DNA of 63,450 nucleotides, counting the filler, from Folioceros fuciformis (lineage: Eukaryota): the NCBI GenBank assembly GCA_049999805.1. It is 7 parts of 7 records of this genome, joined end to end, with 100 filler letters (N's around TTAATTAATTAA, not from the genome) between each part and the next. Parts side by side here need not be neighbours in the genome. Positions count along the whole stretch, not along the records: positions 15,628 to 39,651 come from JBNGIO010004013.1; 6 more parts are not named here. One strand, 5' to 3'. The notes beneath the pieces were generated by a model. It was not told the origin of the DNA, made no database searches, and worked only from the letters and a program-made list of their open reading frames with translations. Numbering within the stretch: the first letter of the stretch is position 1; every line of letters begins with the position of its first letter. Shown here one piece after another: positions 23,377-34,941 of the stretch. The position numbers and the translations under genes are program-made.

Positions 23377-25254
23377 CTACAGCCTGCTGATGGGCGGATT
23401 GTTCAGAGCCTTTGCTCTGCCCCTGAGTTCAAATTTCTGAACCTTGCCAGTGCTGGTCTTGGGCAAATCTCCAAACACAACAGTTTTAGGGACCATGTAG
23501 TGAGGCAAATGAATGCGGCAATACTGGATGATGTCAGCTTGAGAAAGTGAGGGAGAACCAGATTTAAGGGTGACGAAGGCACATGGTGTTTCCCCCCACC
23601 GTTCATCCGGGCGGGCAACAACGGCAGCTTCTACAACGTTAGGGTGGGAGAACAAGACCGACTCTACCTCAATACTGCTGATGTTCTCCCCTCCTGAGAT
23701 GATGATATCCTTGGATCTGTCTTTCAACTCCAAGTAGCCGTCGGGATGCATTACCGCGATGTCACCAGTGTGGAACCATCCTCCGCGGAAGGCTTCGTTG
23801 GTAGATTCTACATCCTTGAAGTAGCCCGACATGACGGTGCTTCCACGCAGCATCACTTCCCCCAAGGTTTTCCCATCGTTGGATACACGAGTCATGGTGG
23901 TTGGATCCATGACAGTAGCATCTGCAAGGCCAAGGTGCTTTACACCCTGCCTGGCTTTGAGAGCTGCTCTCTGCTCAAGAGGGAGCAAGTCCCATTCTGT
24001 CTTCCAATCGCATAATACAGCGGGGCCTCCGACCTCGGTGAGCCCATACCCATGGGTGATGTCGAAGCCTGCCTGCTCCATCTTGGCAAGAACTGCAGCA
24101 GGTGGCGGTGCAGCTCCCACAGTCATCCCCACCAGCCCCGGCAGAGGTTTCCGCTCATGCGGCTGTGCATTGATGATCATATTCATCACCACAGGGGCGC
24201 CCCCAAGATGGGTCACCCCATGCGTCGCTATGGCATCGAAGATAGTCGCGGCAGATACCTGCCTCAGACAGACATTCTTTCCAGAAAGGGCTGCGACGCC
24301 CCAAGTGAAGCACCATCCATTGCAGTGGAACATGGGCACCGTCCACAAGTAAACCAAGTCCTTTCCCCTGTGCATTCCAGCTTGTATAACTGATGTCACG
24401 GCATTGAGGTATCCTGCTCTGTGGCTGTAGAGAACACCCTTGGGACTTGCCGTGGTACCCGAGGTATAGTTCAGAGAGATGGGGAAGGTCTCATCTTCAG
24501 GCCATATGATCTCAAACTTTGCATCCCCTCCACTTAACAAAGCTTCGTACTCCATTTCTCCATGCCTCAGTACGTAGCCCTGGGAAGCCACTCCAGGATC
24601 CACCCAGTCATGCACCACCACTATCCATGGCTTTCGCTGAAACGATGGCCAAACGCTCAGAGCTTCATGCACCACTGGAATGAGAGAGTGGTCCACGAAC
24701 AAAGCCTTGGCCTCTGAATGTCGCAACAGCACAGAGATAGTATTGGCATCAAGGCGGTAGTTCAAGGGAGTGAGCACAGCTCCTGCCATAGCCACCCCAA
24801 AGTGCATCTCATAAATAACTGGCACGTTGGGCGCCAGCACTGCCACCTGCACATCAGTTAATCAACACAGGTACGCAACACGAGGCTCATCAGCAGAGCC
24901 TCAACCCTGAAGAATCGAAAATCGGAGAGAGAATTGATGCCGAGACCGCACCCTGTCACCTCTGACAATTGAACGAGAAACAAGGGCAGAGGCCAGTCGA
25001 CGACACCGTTCGTAGGTCTGAGCCCATGTGTAGGTCAGATTGCCGTAAATGACAGAAATTCGGTCTGGCGAGACCAGGGCCGACCTCTCTATGAACTGCA
25101 AAGGAGTCAACGGGACATAGTTGNNNNNNNNNNNNNNNNNNNNNNNNNNNNNNNNNNNNNNNNNNNNNNNNNNNNNNNNNNNNNNNNNNNNNNNNNNNNN
25201 NNNNNNNNNNNNNNNNNNNNNNNAGTTGGCAGCACATTTCGGAAGGACCTCCAT
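23377..25254 (-). CDS. Peroxisomal acyl-activating enzyme (clade I AAE, short-chain acyl-CoA ligase); 2 exons, intron 24951-24847
   Basis: N-terminal LPKCAANYVPLTP, AMP-binding YTSGTTASPKG, YGLTE, GWFHTGD and PKTSTGK motifs, and a C-terminal PTS1 SRL. Confidence 0.95.
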
Positions 25255-25255
25255 C

Positions 25256-25300
25256 TTCGCCTCGCCTCGCCTCGCCTCGCCTCGCCTCGCCTCACCTCAC
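25256..25300. repeat. (CTCGC)n pentanucleotide microsatellite immediately upstream of the AAE start codon
   Basis: Directly visible, about 7-8 units. Confidence 0.9.
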
Positions 25301-26615
25301 CTTCACACAAACAGCCCGAAATCCGAGACACATGCAATCTTGGTGACCTCAAAACCATCCATTCCGTTGTCCCGGAAGCTCGAGAAACGAGAGTTCACAA
25401 CGCTGGCCTACCCAAGCGCTACTACCCCGACGCGCAAGCCACTCCTCTTCTCCTTCGATTCAAGGGGACACCACGCCACCATATCTCTTCGATGGCGTGA
25501 CCTGCTACAATCCGGAGACTGATGGGTCAACAGCAAATTGCCCCACACGGAGCTGGCCATCAGACAAGCATCTCACGAGGTGGCACAAACCAAAGAAAAC
25601 GCCCAGTTGTGGCCCCACACCTCACTGATCTCACAGCCCTATGGTTGGAGCATTTTCAGAAGTTTCTTATGGGTTATATGAGTTGAAAAGTATAGTTGGA
25701 ATCTGAAAGGCATCGACAACGATGGTATTTCCTGGAAAGGAGTGGAACAGCAGCTCCACAAGGCTGTAGTAGGCTTACCCAAGCCATGAGATGCATCTGG
25801 TACATCTAAAGGCAGGAAATGTGTTTTGCGCGCTTTTGCATGTAACCTATGTCAACCTGCGTACATGCACAACCTATGTCCATATGCAATAATTAAGGTT
25901 ACTTCTTATGATTAGGCTCTCTCTCAAGGGTTGTTTTCTCTGTGATGGGGTAGATGGGTTGATGCCATATTTTTTTTTCTTATATATAAGATCCATTCCT
26001 TCATACTTAATAAAACTAATACTAATAATAAACTTAAAAAGTTAGAGCAATGGTCAAATTTAGCCCGACCGCTCCACATGAGGAGACCAATGCGTAGAAA
26101 ATATCTTGGGGCGAGGGACGTGTTATCCGTTTGCAGCAAATGGCGGAATGCTGTCTATGTTTGGAGAAAATGTACCTCCAATGAGGTTTTACCACAAGGC
26201 CGCATGCAGACTGCATTGAAGGCCAAAGCGATAATCGGCAGCGAGATCCGTTTTTTCAGCAAGAAGCGAAGCGCTTAACCTTTGAGCGTTCCCTCGCTGC
26301 CATCACCGGATTTGTTGTTTGCGGGCCATCTTTGACGCTCACCGCTGCAGGTGGTGAGTAGATGACATAGCAGAATTGAGCATTTTATACAAAGCGCCGG
26401 CGAAAACTAGGCTGCTGTCGCTTGCTTTTCTTTTCTGTGACCAATCCGTCCAGGACAGCATATTCCAGGTATCAAACATACGGTTTCGCATTGCTGGTGG
26501 ATGCAGAACTGGTGCGCGCATTTGTAGCGGAGAGACACGAAGACAGGCAAGCAGGGAGAAGGAGAAGGAGCAGGAGGACGGAGAAGGCAGGCAGACAAGA
26601 AGGCAAGGATCGACT

Positions 26616-28451
26616 ATGGCTAGAAATGTGGGAGAGCTGTCGGGGCTGCAGAAAGTTCGAATTAGCTACCAGCCGGAGCTGCCTCCGGCTCTACTCGGGG
26701 AGGCAGTGGAGGTGATCCGTGGGGATGCCACCACGGCCTGCGATCCGTCGGATGCGCATGCCATCCTTAGGGCATTTCCGCTCACGTACGGCCAGCCTCT
26801 GGTGCATCTGGTGGCGCAAGCAAAGAAAGGTGTCGATGGCGCGAGTCGGGGGCCGATCAGAGTCGGGGTCGTGTTTTGTGGTCGGCAGTCGCCGGGAGGG
26901 CATAATATAGTGAGCGGCTTGTTCGATGCTCTGAAGAAGCATAGCAAGGATAATGTGTTGCTTGGATTTGTGGAGGGGACGGAGGGTCTTTTTGCGAAGA
27001 AGAGCTTGGAGATTACTGATGAGCTGCTGGCGTCGTATAGGAATCAAGGAGGGTATGATTTGTTATGTCGGACCAAGGACCAAATCAGGTCGGTGCATCA
27101 GGTGAATGATGCGCGAGAAGCGTGTGAGGCTTTGAAGCTGGACGGCCTGGTGCTCGTGGGAGGGTGCGGGACCAACTCTGATGCTGCTCAGGTGGCAGAG
27201 TCTTTTGCAGCGTCTGGGTGCAGGACGAAAGTGGTTGGGGTTCCGGTAACGTTGGACGGGGATTTGAAGAACCAGTTCGTCGAGACGGATGTAGGATTCG
27301 ACACCACGTCTAAGGTGTACTCTCAGCTCATCAGCAATATCTGCACGGATGCCCTGTCCGCTGAGAAGTATTACTACTTCATCCGACTCATGGGACGAAG
27401 GTCTTCCAATGTTTCTTTGGAGTGTGCTCTTCAGTCACAGCCGAATATGGTGATTCTCTCCGAGGAGGTGTCCACCTCCAAGCTCACCTTGTTTGATGTC
27501 ACCAAGCAAATTTGTGATGCGATTGAAGCTCGAGCTGCGCTGGACAAGTACCATGGGGTGATCCTTTTGCCCGAAGGCCTTATCGAGAGCATTCCAGAGT
27601 GTTACGCCCTGTTGCAGGAGCTGAATGAGCTACTGAAAGAGGGGGTGGTTGCGGAGCTAATACCATCCAGCCTGTCCCCTTGGGCTTCTGCTCTCTTCTC
27701 GTTTCTTCCTCCCTTCATTCAGAAGCAGCTGCTTCTGGACAGGGAATCCGATGGAGCAGTTCAATTGTCTCAGATAGAGACAGAGAAGCTTCTTGCTCAA
27801 TTGGTAGACACAGAGATGACAAGGCGCACCAAGGCAGGCACATATAAAGGCAAGAAGTTCAATGCCATCTGCCATTTCTTCGGGTACCAAGCACGAGGAT
27901 CACTGCCATCCAACTTCGACTGTGACTACGCCTATGCTTTAGGTCAGATCTCCTTCCACCTGGTAGTTGCTGGGTTGAACGGGTACATGGCTACGGTGAC
28001 CAATCTAAAGCAGCCTGTCTCGGACTGGAGATGCGGGGCTGCCCCCATCACTGCTATGATGTCAGTCAAGCGATGGCTGAGGGGTCCTGGTGTGTCACAG
28101 CTTGGCAAACCGGCTCTCCACCCGTCCAAAGTGGATCTGAAAGGTAAACCCTACAAATTGCTGCTGCAGAATGTCCACTGTTGGCTGGTGGACGACCTGT
28201 ACAGGAATCCTGGCCCCATCCAGTTCGAAGGGCCCGGTGCGGATCTGCGCGCTGTCAGCCTTGCCATCGAAGACCTGGACTACATAGGCCGCATGCATGA
28301 GCTCCAAGGCTATCTGGACAAGGTGAAGGACATAGTCAAGCCAGGGTGCCCAGAATACGTCCTGAAGGCAGCCCTTAGCTCCATGGCTTCCGTCACCGAG
28401 GTTCTGTCGGTCATGTCTGCTCCTGGGTTCAGGAGCATAACGCATTACTAG
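26616..28451 (+). CDS. PFP-ALPHA: Pyrophosphate:fructose-6-phosphate 1-phosphotransferase alpha subunit, intronless
   Basis: [72 protein letters not shown] and YRNPGPIQF. The likely ATG is at 26616. Confidence 0.96.
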   Translation: MARNVGELSGLQKVRISYQPELPPALLGEAVEVIRGDATTACDPSDAHAILRAFPLTYGQPLVHLVAQAKKGVDGASRGPIRVGVVFCGRQSPGGHNIVSGLFDALKKHSKDNVLLGFVEGTEGLFAKKSLEITDELLASYRNQGGYDLLCRTKDQIRSVHQVNDAREACEALKLDGLVLVGGCGTNSDAAQVAESFAASGCRTKVVGVPVTLDGDLKNQFVETDVGFDTTSKVYSQLISNICTDALSAEKYYYFIRLMGRRSSNVSLECALQSQPNMVILSEEVSTSKLTLFDVTKQICDAIEARAALDKYHGVILLPEGLIESIPECYALLQELNELLKEGVVAELIPSSLSPWASALFSFLPPFIQKQLLLDRESDGAVQLSQIETEKLLAQLVDTEMTRRTKAGTYKGKKFNAICHFFGYQARGSLPSNFDCDYAYALGQISFHLVVAGLNGYMATVTNLKQPVSDWRCGAAPITAMMSVKRWLRGPGVSQLGKPALHPSKVDLKGKPYKLLLQNVHCWLVDDLYRNPGPIQFEGPGADLRAVSLAIEDLDYIGRMHELQGYLDKVKDIVKPGCPEYVLKAALSSMASVTEVLSVMSAPGFRSITHY

Positions 28452-28534
28452 GTCATGCGCTCCTAGTGTGCTACAAACTATGCTTGGTACAGGCATGTCA
28501 GTTTTGCCAAACTCTTTCTCTACTGTCTTCGAGC

Positions 28535-29684
28535 TCAGTAGTCAGCCACCCCTTCCAAATTTAGGTGTCCTGATTTCCATGTTGTCCCATCCAGCCAGTC
28601 GAACATATCCGACGATCGTAGACTAGTAACACAGTGTAACGCGTGGGCCAGCCTCAGCTCTTGCACGACGCCATCGCCCCACAGGAGGGCCCCATCAGGA
28701 GCTCTAGGTAGGACCCTTAGGCTGTCCACCAGCGCCCACCAGTCCTCGTAGTTCTTAACATAGTCGTGCTCATCCAGATAACCTTTGTACCTTAAGGCCA
28801 GGAAGATGCCTGTCGACATCTTGGCCGAGAGGCCGACTATCCTCTCGGAGAAGTACCCTTCGTACAGAGGAAATGGGAAACACCTCGCATCCAAAGCGGG
28901 AACTCCGCCTTCCAGCAGTCTCTGCTTGTTCTGGTACACGGATGCTGCTGTGAAAGCATCCAATGGCATCTGCAAAGAGAAACCAACACGGTTGAACCCC
29001 ACCGACATGGTTTCACAATCTTCAAGTAAGGAAGCTCGGATGCAAGGAGAGATAGAAAGCAACCTGAACGAACAAGGTGGGAGGGAAGCGGCCGGTCCTG
29101 CTCCCTTCAGCAATAGTTGCATCGTCTCCGCCGGAAATCATTATCACTAAAGCAAACAGCTTGATCTGCATGGCGAGCAGAGCTACGAATCTCCCGCCGC
29201 TGGAGGCTCCCGACGCCGTGAGAGGCAGGTCCACGAGCCCTTGCTCCTGACGCCAGGAGCTGAGAATAGTCTTCACATTGCACAGATCTTGGTTTGCCTC
29301 GAGGGGGGTGAACATCCAGCCGCTCCCAACGCTCTTGATGGTGATGACAGCGTAACCACGGGAGATGCCAGCCAAGCTTATGGCGCGGTTTTCAGGCAAG
29401 CCATCGCAGCGGGAACAGTTGGGATACGGATCCCAGTAGGTGGTCGCAGAGCCGTCTCCTTCATGCGCGATGAAGAGGACTGCCTTTGGTTTCACAGGGA
29501 TCTGCCACACCACGTCCACTCCTTCCCGGACCTCGTAGGTGCCGGTCAAGTGCACACCTCCCGGCCCTCCGCTGCTGTCTACAGAAGCTGCATTGCGCAC
29601 CCCGCGGGAAGTTTCCCCGGCGGCCAAGCAGCTGCAACCTGCCAGCGCCAATGCTGCGCAGAGCAGATGCCATTGCAACGCCAT
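28535..29684 (-). CDS. Secreted alpha/beta-hydrolase-like protein; 2 exons, intron 29063-28970
   Basis: Signal peptide MALQWHLLCAALALAG, then KAVLFIAH and the nucleophile elbow GASSGG. A GT-AG intron joins PPTLFVQ to MPLD and reconciles two ORFs. Confidence 0.8.
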
Positions 29685-29906
29685 TGCTCCACACTCTACA
29701 GCCAGTCCTCACTGAACGCTGGGATCATTTCGCATTCTCAACCTAAATCACACAGACCAGACCAGAGCGGTGCGGCATGTATAGAATGTGTGTCATCGAA
29801 CAGTACCACTTTGGTGAACAAAACGCTTTCTTCGGGTGTCACACACACAGAAGACTACAAGAGTTCCTTCCTGCCTACAAAATGCTAGTGGCATCTTTCG
29901 GAGCCT

Positions 29907-30549
29907 TCAATGTTTCTTCTTGCTCGACACCTTGGTGCCTGCGTGTTGCAGTCTCCACACAAGCATCCACAAAGTAGATAACCCTGCATTACGCATGTCC
30001 ATATCAAGCCCCGGAACCAGATCCAGTAAAACCGTACAACCCTACCCCACCGTGACCACTGAAGGTTGTGTGAGGAGGAGCAGCTTTGGCGCACCTGATA
30101 TCAAGCCCAAGGTGCTGAAGTTGGCAAACGTCATCGATTTGAAGATGAGATACTCAGAGGTGAAATGCAGCAGAGCATACAAGAAGGAGAGGTGAGTGGC
30201 AGTGAAGAGTTCTTTGTTGTCCAGATTCCGAGCACACATGAAGCACAGCGTGCAGGTCACTAGCGTCCATATGCCGAACGTCCTTCCGTGCACTTCGGTC
30301 ACTGTTGAAGCACACCATCACCACCCACGTGATAACCAGGAGCGAACGCATAAAAGAGATGGTCCTGCAGGAAGGGAATCAGGCAGGAAGAGAAGGGCAT
30401 GCCACCGCATGACATCAAAGCGAGCAAGACTTACTGGAAGATCGGGAGTAGACCGCGGTTCGGAGTCCCCAGATGTTGAAGTAGCCAAAGTAGACTGACC
30501 AAAGACGCAGAGCACCCAAAAGGTAAAGCCAGGCCGCCAACGCCTCCAT
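29907..30549 (-). CDS. ERG28: Ergosterol biosynthetic protein 28 homologue; exons 30549-30435, 30301-30095, 29983-29907
   Basis: LRLWSVYFG, MTEVHGRTFGIWTLVTCTLC and SFLYALLHFTSEYLIF. Both introns are GT-AG and in phase. The C-terminal KKKH is an ER-retrieval-type signal. Confidence 0.92.
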
Positions 30550-32354
30550 TCTTGCGAATCTTGATCGAAGCAGGAAAGGAAGAGGTTCGACAAGAGTTTG
30601 CACACCAGAGCGGCCCGACGTAAACGCTGGCCGTCAGATTGCGCAGGCAAGTTTCGTCGACTGGTGGACTTGCATATTCATGAAAACATTTGCGTAACTA
30701 GTTCAGCTGAGCTGGGCTTTTGTGTTCAGGCTTGGCTCCATACTTATAGTGGTGCTACCGGAGAGGAAAGGTTGTTCTTGTACCTATGTGCCTTCCATGG
30801 TGTGCATCTGATTGTGCCTTCCACCAAGGAGTGAATGTTGAACATGAAATTGTACGTAGGCAGAATGTTTTACTGCAGGTGAGGGTCATGGGTAGAGCAG
30901 ACGTTGTTCTGAAAACCAGCAAGAGTTTTGTTTCGGGCTTTGAAGTTTGGCTTCAGCTTTAAAGTTTGGGTTCGAAGCAGCAGGTGAGAAATGGAACAGC
31001 TACGACAAACCTTCTCCATGTCCATCTTCAAAACGCCTGTGAACAAGGCTTGGAAGGCACACGAACATTTTTGTACATGAAATGGTGGATGATGTGATTC
31101 TTGTTTCGCTCACATGGGCCCAAGCAGTGTCTTCTGCTTTTGATGGCATGTTCAGGGTCAAGTTCTGGCTTGTGCTTCAACGTCGGAGAATATCACGCCC
31201 TTCTTCCTCACAAATCTGTAGCTTGGTTAAGCTTAGGCTCCACGTACAGATGATCCACCTAATTCCCGGACCGGATTCCAGTTCTTGCAACGCAGCCTGC
31301 CTTGCCATGGTCTACAGAAGCTTCTGGAAGCGGAAAACATTTTTGACTGTCAACCTGAGCTCCCTGAAGATATGATTAGTCTACAGAAACGGGAGGGAGA
31401 CGTGCTGAGAGTGCCCGAGTGATGGACCAAACGAAATACATGAAAGCCCCACGTGATGGCGAGACCCAGCAAGGAACCCCACTGACATGACGGAAATGTG
31501 AGCTGTTGAGCGCCAGGTAAGCTCAGCGTTGTCCTGGTCGCAATTTCTCGTGAGGGAGGAATGTGTGCCTGCTCACCACGTCGGCTGCCGCTGCCGAGAA
31601 GGTGCACTGCTGGCCACGCACGGACACCTGTTGGGTGAACAACACCAACAAGGCGTGCCGCAAGCCAACCTGCAAACGGACAACGCTGGTGCTGCAACTC
31701 CCATTCCTGTCTTGCTACAACTCCCGGCCGGGCTTGCAAGTTGCAAAGCTTCCGAGATCCACAGCAAAGGACATTGTGGAATCGCCCATCTTGTGGAGTC
31801 GCTGAAACGCAGGCTGTTGGCGGTTCCGGGTGCGGCTTATTGGTGGGCAGTTGAATGGGGTCCCCCCGTATGCCGTCTGGACAGGTCCTGCGACCAGGAT
31901 CACGTCGGAGTTACGATACCTGGTAGGATGGACGTTCTTGCCGCCGTGGGGGAGATGGCGTTGTTACCAGCATGGCCCTTGTGGTTGGTGCTCTCGTTGT
32001 CGTCCGCTAATTGATGTGCGCTGTGCTTTGTTGGGGACAGAGCGGGCCGGATGGAGGCGTTCGGGGTTGGGAATGGCTTGGATGTGAGAATCGATCGAGT
32101 AATGCTGCGTCGTTAACGAATGATCAGGAGGACGTCATCATTCTTGAGATGCACTAGGTTTAGCGGCATGAGATGCTTAGATTCATGGCTTGCTTCAGTG
32201 TAAGATGGTGGATGCTACGCGTAACTACGGTGTTCCAGTTCCTTGACTGCCCTGACAGACATAGTACAGGGGATCTGTATTGGGTGTGATGGCCTTTGAC
32301 CTGGGCAATCGGGGCTCATTGTGACAGATTCCTGGAGGGAGCGAGGACCTCCAC

Positions 32355-33555
32355 ATGGAACCTGAAGAGATGATTGATAGTTTGAAAGCTCAATTGAAGC
32401 AGGCAGAGGAAGCCTGGCAGGCGGATGTGGAGAGAAGAAAGTTGGAACAGACAGAGCTCGTGGTTGAGATGGAGAAGTTGAAGGCCTGTTTGGCAAGTTG
32501 TGAGGACGGCAGGAAGCGGGAGGTTGAGGTCCTGTCGAAAAGGATCAAGACGACAGATACGCTGCTTGGGTACTTGAGGTCGAAAGCAAGGATAATGATG
32601 ATTCCTCCGTATGCCCATGCTTCTTGTGGGATAAGACACGAGGATGGTGTGGGACTGGTGGACAAGCGAGGTGTACCCATGGCGGAGTGGGACGAGGATG
32701 CAGACATCCATTTGCTGGAAGGCGTTGTGGGATTGTTGAAGCCAGAGTGCAGTTCAGGAGGTGGCACCGGAAATGTGAGTGGGAACGGGGATGTCACTCT
32801 AGGGTTGCTGGACAGGGAGGAGGAAGATTACGTGGAGAGAATAGCAACGGCTGTAGTGCAGGTCACTGAAGTCATGGAGCTTCTCATCAAGAGGGCGATT
32901 GTAGCAGAATCTATGCTAGACGCGGAGAAAGAAAAATCCAAAGTCAGCCAGGACGAGATCAAGGAAAAGTGTGCTCAGATCGAGAATATGTGGGCCCGTG
33001 TGGACGAGATGGAGAGGGTCGCACTGGGTACGAGCGGGGTGTTGAAGGAGATGCAAGTGAAGCTCGAAGACATGGAACTGGAAACCTCCAAACAGAGACT
33101 GAGAGCTGCTGAAAATGAGAAGGAACTTTCTCGAGTGAGACAGGACTTTGGACTACTCAGATCCAGTGTTGACAATCTTGTGAAAGCCAGAGACCGAATC
33201 AGATCCATGGAGAAGAGGATCCAAGATGTGGAGAAGGTCTCCGAGAGGTTATCTCCCTTCTTGCTGGGCGGCCTTGGACGGGAATGTTTTCCTTCCTCTG
33301 AGTGCGTTTGCTTGAGCCTGTGGATCGAACTCACTCACATCTTTGTTGTTCAATGCCGTGTGCAGTCTCACTTCCCGAGTGATTGGGCTGGAGGCTGGAA
33401 AGAGGCAGCAGCAGGCTGAGATTGGGAAGCTTCTATCAGAGAATGACTCCCTCAGAGCCGCTCTTGATTTCAAGGAAGCTGAGCTGTCCGCAATAGGACA
33501 CCAGGTCAGGATGCTGTGTGAACATCCGGAGAAGTCAGGATTGTTTAATTTTTGA
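32355..33555 (+). CDS. Conserved plant coiled-coil protein of unknown function; intron 33248-33365
   Basis: Long E/K-rich heptad regions and a conserved-looking YLRSKARIM...SCGIRHEDGVGLVDK motif. A phase-2 GT-AG intron joins the two ORFs. Confidence 0.8.
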
Positions 33556-34110
33556 GGAAAATGGTATTGCGGATTCTTAGTTCACATGCTCTCTACTCCA
33601 TCTCGTGCAAGTGTAGTCAAACTGTCCAACTTGCGTTGGAATCTCCGTACTGTCACTGGCGTCTTCTAGAATACCGTTGGCCTCCGCGCAGCACTGAATA
33701 AGGTGGATATTCGAACCACTCCATCAAAATAACTACTTTAGAACGTTTTTCAATTTTCAAAATTCTAGACCAATATGACATTGCTACTAATATGAGCTCG
33801 TCCCGACGGGGCCGGCCCTACGGGCGAGGGGAGAGGGGACCAACGCGCTAGCCGGCCTACCCCTTGCCTCGGTCTCTCCCCCCATGGACCAGCATCTAAA
33901 ACGACTTGCAACTAGCCCAACAGCTTGTCTAGCGCTCCGGCTTGGGCCGAACCTGCTGGAGATGAATAAGGAGGAGAATTTGAATAATTTGAAACCGCAA
34001 CTTGGTGATTGAAAATAAGTACTTTGGAACTTTTTCTAATTTCTATAATTTCAGACCAATATAATTTTGCAATAAATATGATATGAAAAATTACATCATC
34101 CATGGGAGGA

Positions 34111-34151
34111 GAGAGGGGACTAAGGCCTAGCAAGGGCCTTAGTCCCCTCTC
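34111..34151. repeat. Perfect 17-bp inverted repeat with 7-nt loop
   Basis: gagaggggactaaggcc-tagcaag-ggccttagtcccctctc. Confidence 0.85.
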
Positions 34152-34941
34152 TTCACTTATGGATGGGAGGGGAAGAGGGGGGGGAGCAAGGCACTAGCAT
34201 TGTAGCCTCTTAGGTTTGGAGCTCTTTGGAGCTATTTCACCTTAGACCTAGAGTGAAGATATTCAAGCACTACTAGAAACAAGGGATCTATATCACAGCA
34301 ATATATAACAGAGACCCCTAGTTATATCTAGCACATTCGAGGTCTTTGTCATGGGCAGATTCAGCAAACTCGAAGCTAGTTTTTATGACTAAACTTGTAA
34401 CTCTTAGGTTGTGACAACTAAGTTGTTGCATTTTTTGGCACCTCAACATGAGGCTTGGAATGCCTACTCGACACATTTGCTGTCAGCATATAGGCTGACC
34501 TTTTACATGTTGTCTTGTGAGAGCTCAGAAAGACCGCCACCCCTGATAATGCAGTTGGAATGAGGGTATTCCCTCTCCGTGGTTTCAAATGGTTATATTG
34601 ATTGGATCGTATGTGTGGGCCTTGACAAAAAAATCACAACCCACCTCCATTGAGAATGATGTACGATGTTTGCACTTGTTGCTGCAATATTCCAAAGTGT
34701 GCTCCGCTCTTTTCAGAGAACATGGTCGCCACCACGTTCTCCATGACACTTGCACAAGCAAGCTCCTATATCCATAGCACTCAACTTATGAAAGCGCTTA
34801 ACGCACCACCTCGCTTGAACCGGTAAAAAGGTTGTCGCGATGGTTTTGCGAAAACATGTGGCTAAGTTCAAACTGAAAATTGTCCACATTGTTGGCTTAC
34901 CATACAACTGGACAAATGCCCATCCTCTTGCACCAAACTCC

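Noticed and set aside
26376..26615. 80-aa N-terminal extension of PFP alpha in the ORF track
   Set aside because: Starts at a non-ATG codon and has no similarity to the family. It is probably 5' UTR.
31082..32087. Several short ORFs between ERG28 and the coiled-coil gene
   Set aside because: No recognisable motifs or consistent exon chain. Could be UTR, intron or promoter sequence.
19110..33555. Possible metabolic gene cluster (AAE, hydrolase, ERG28, with OPR elsewhere)
   Set aside because: The functions are unrelated housekeeping roles, and OPR is on a different scaffold.
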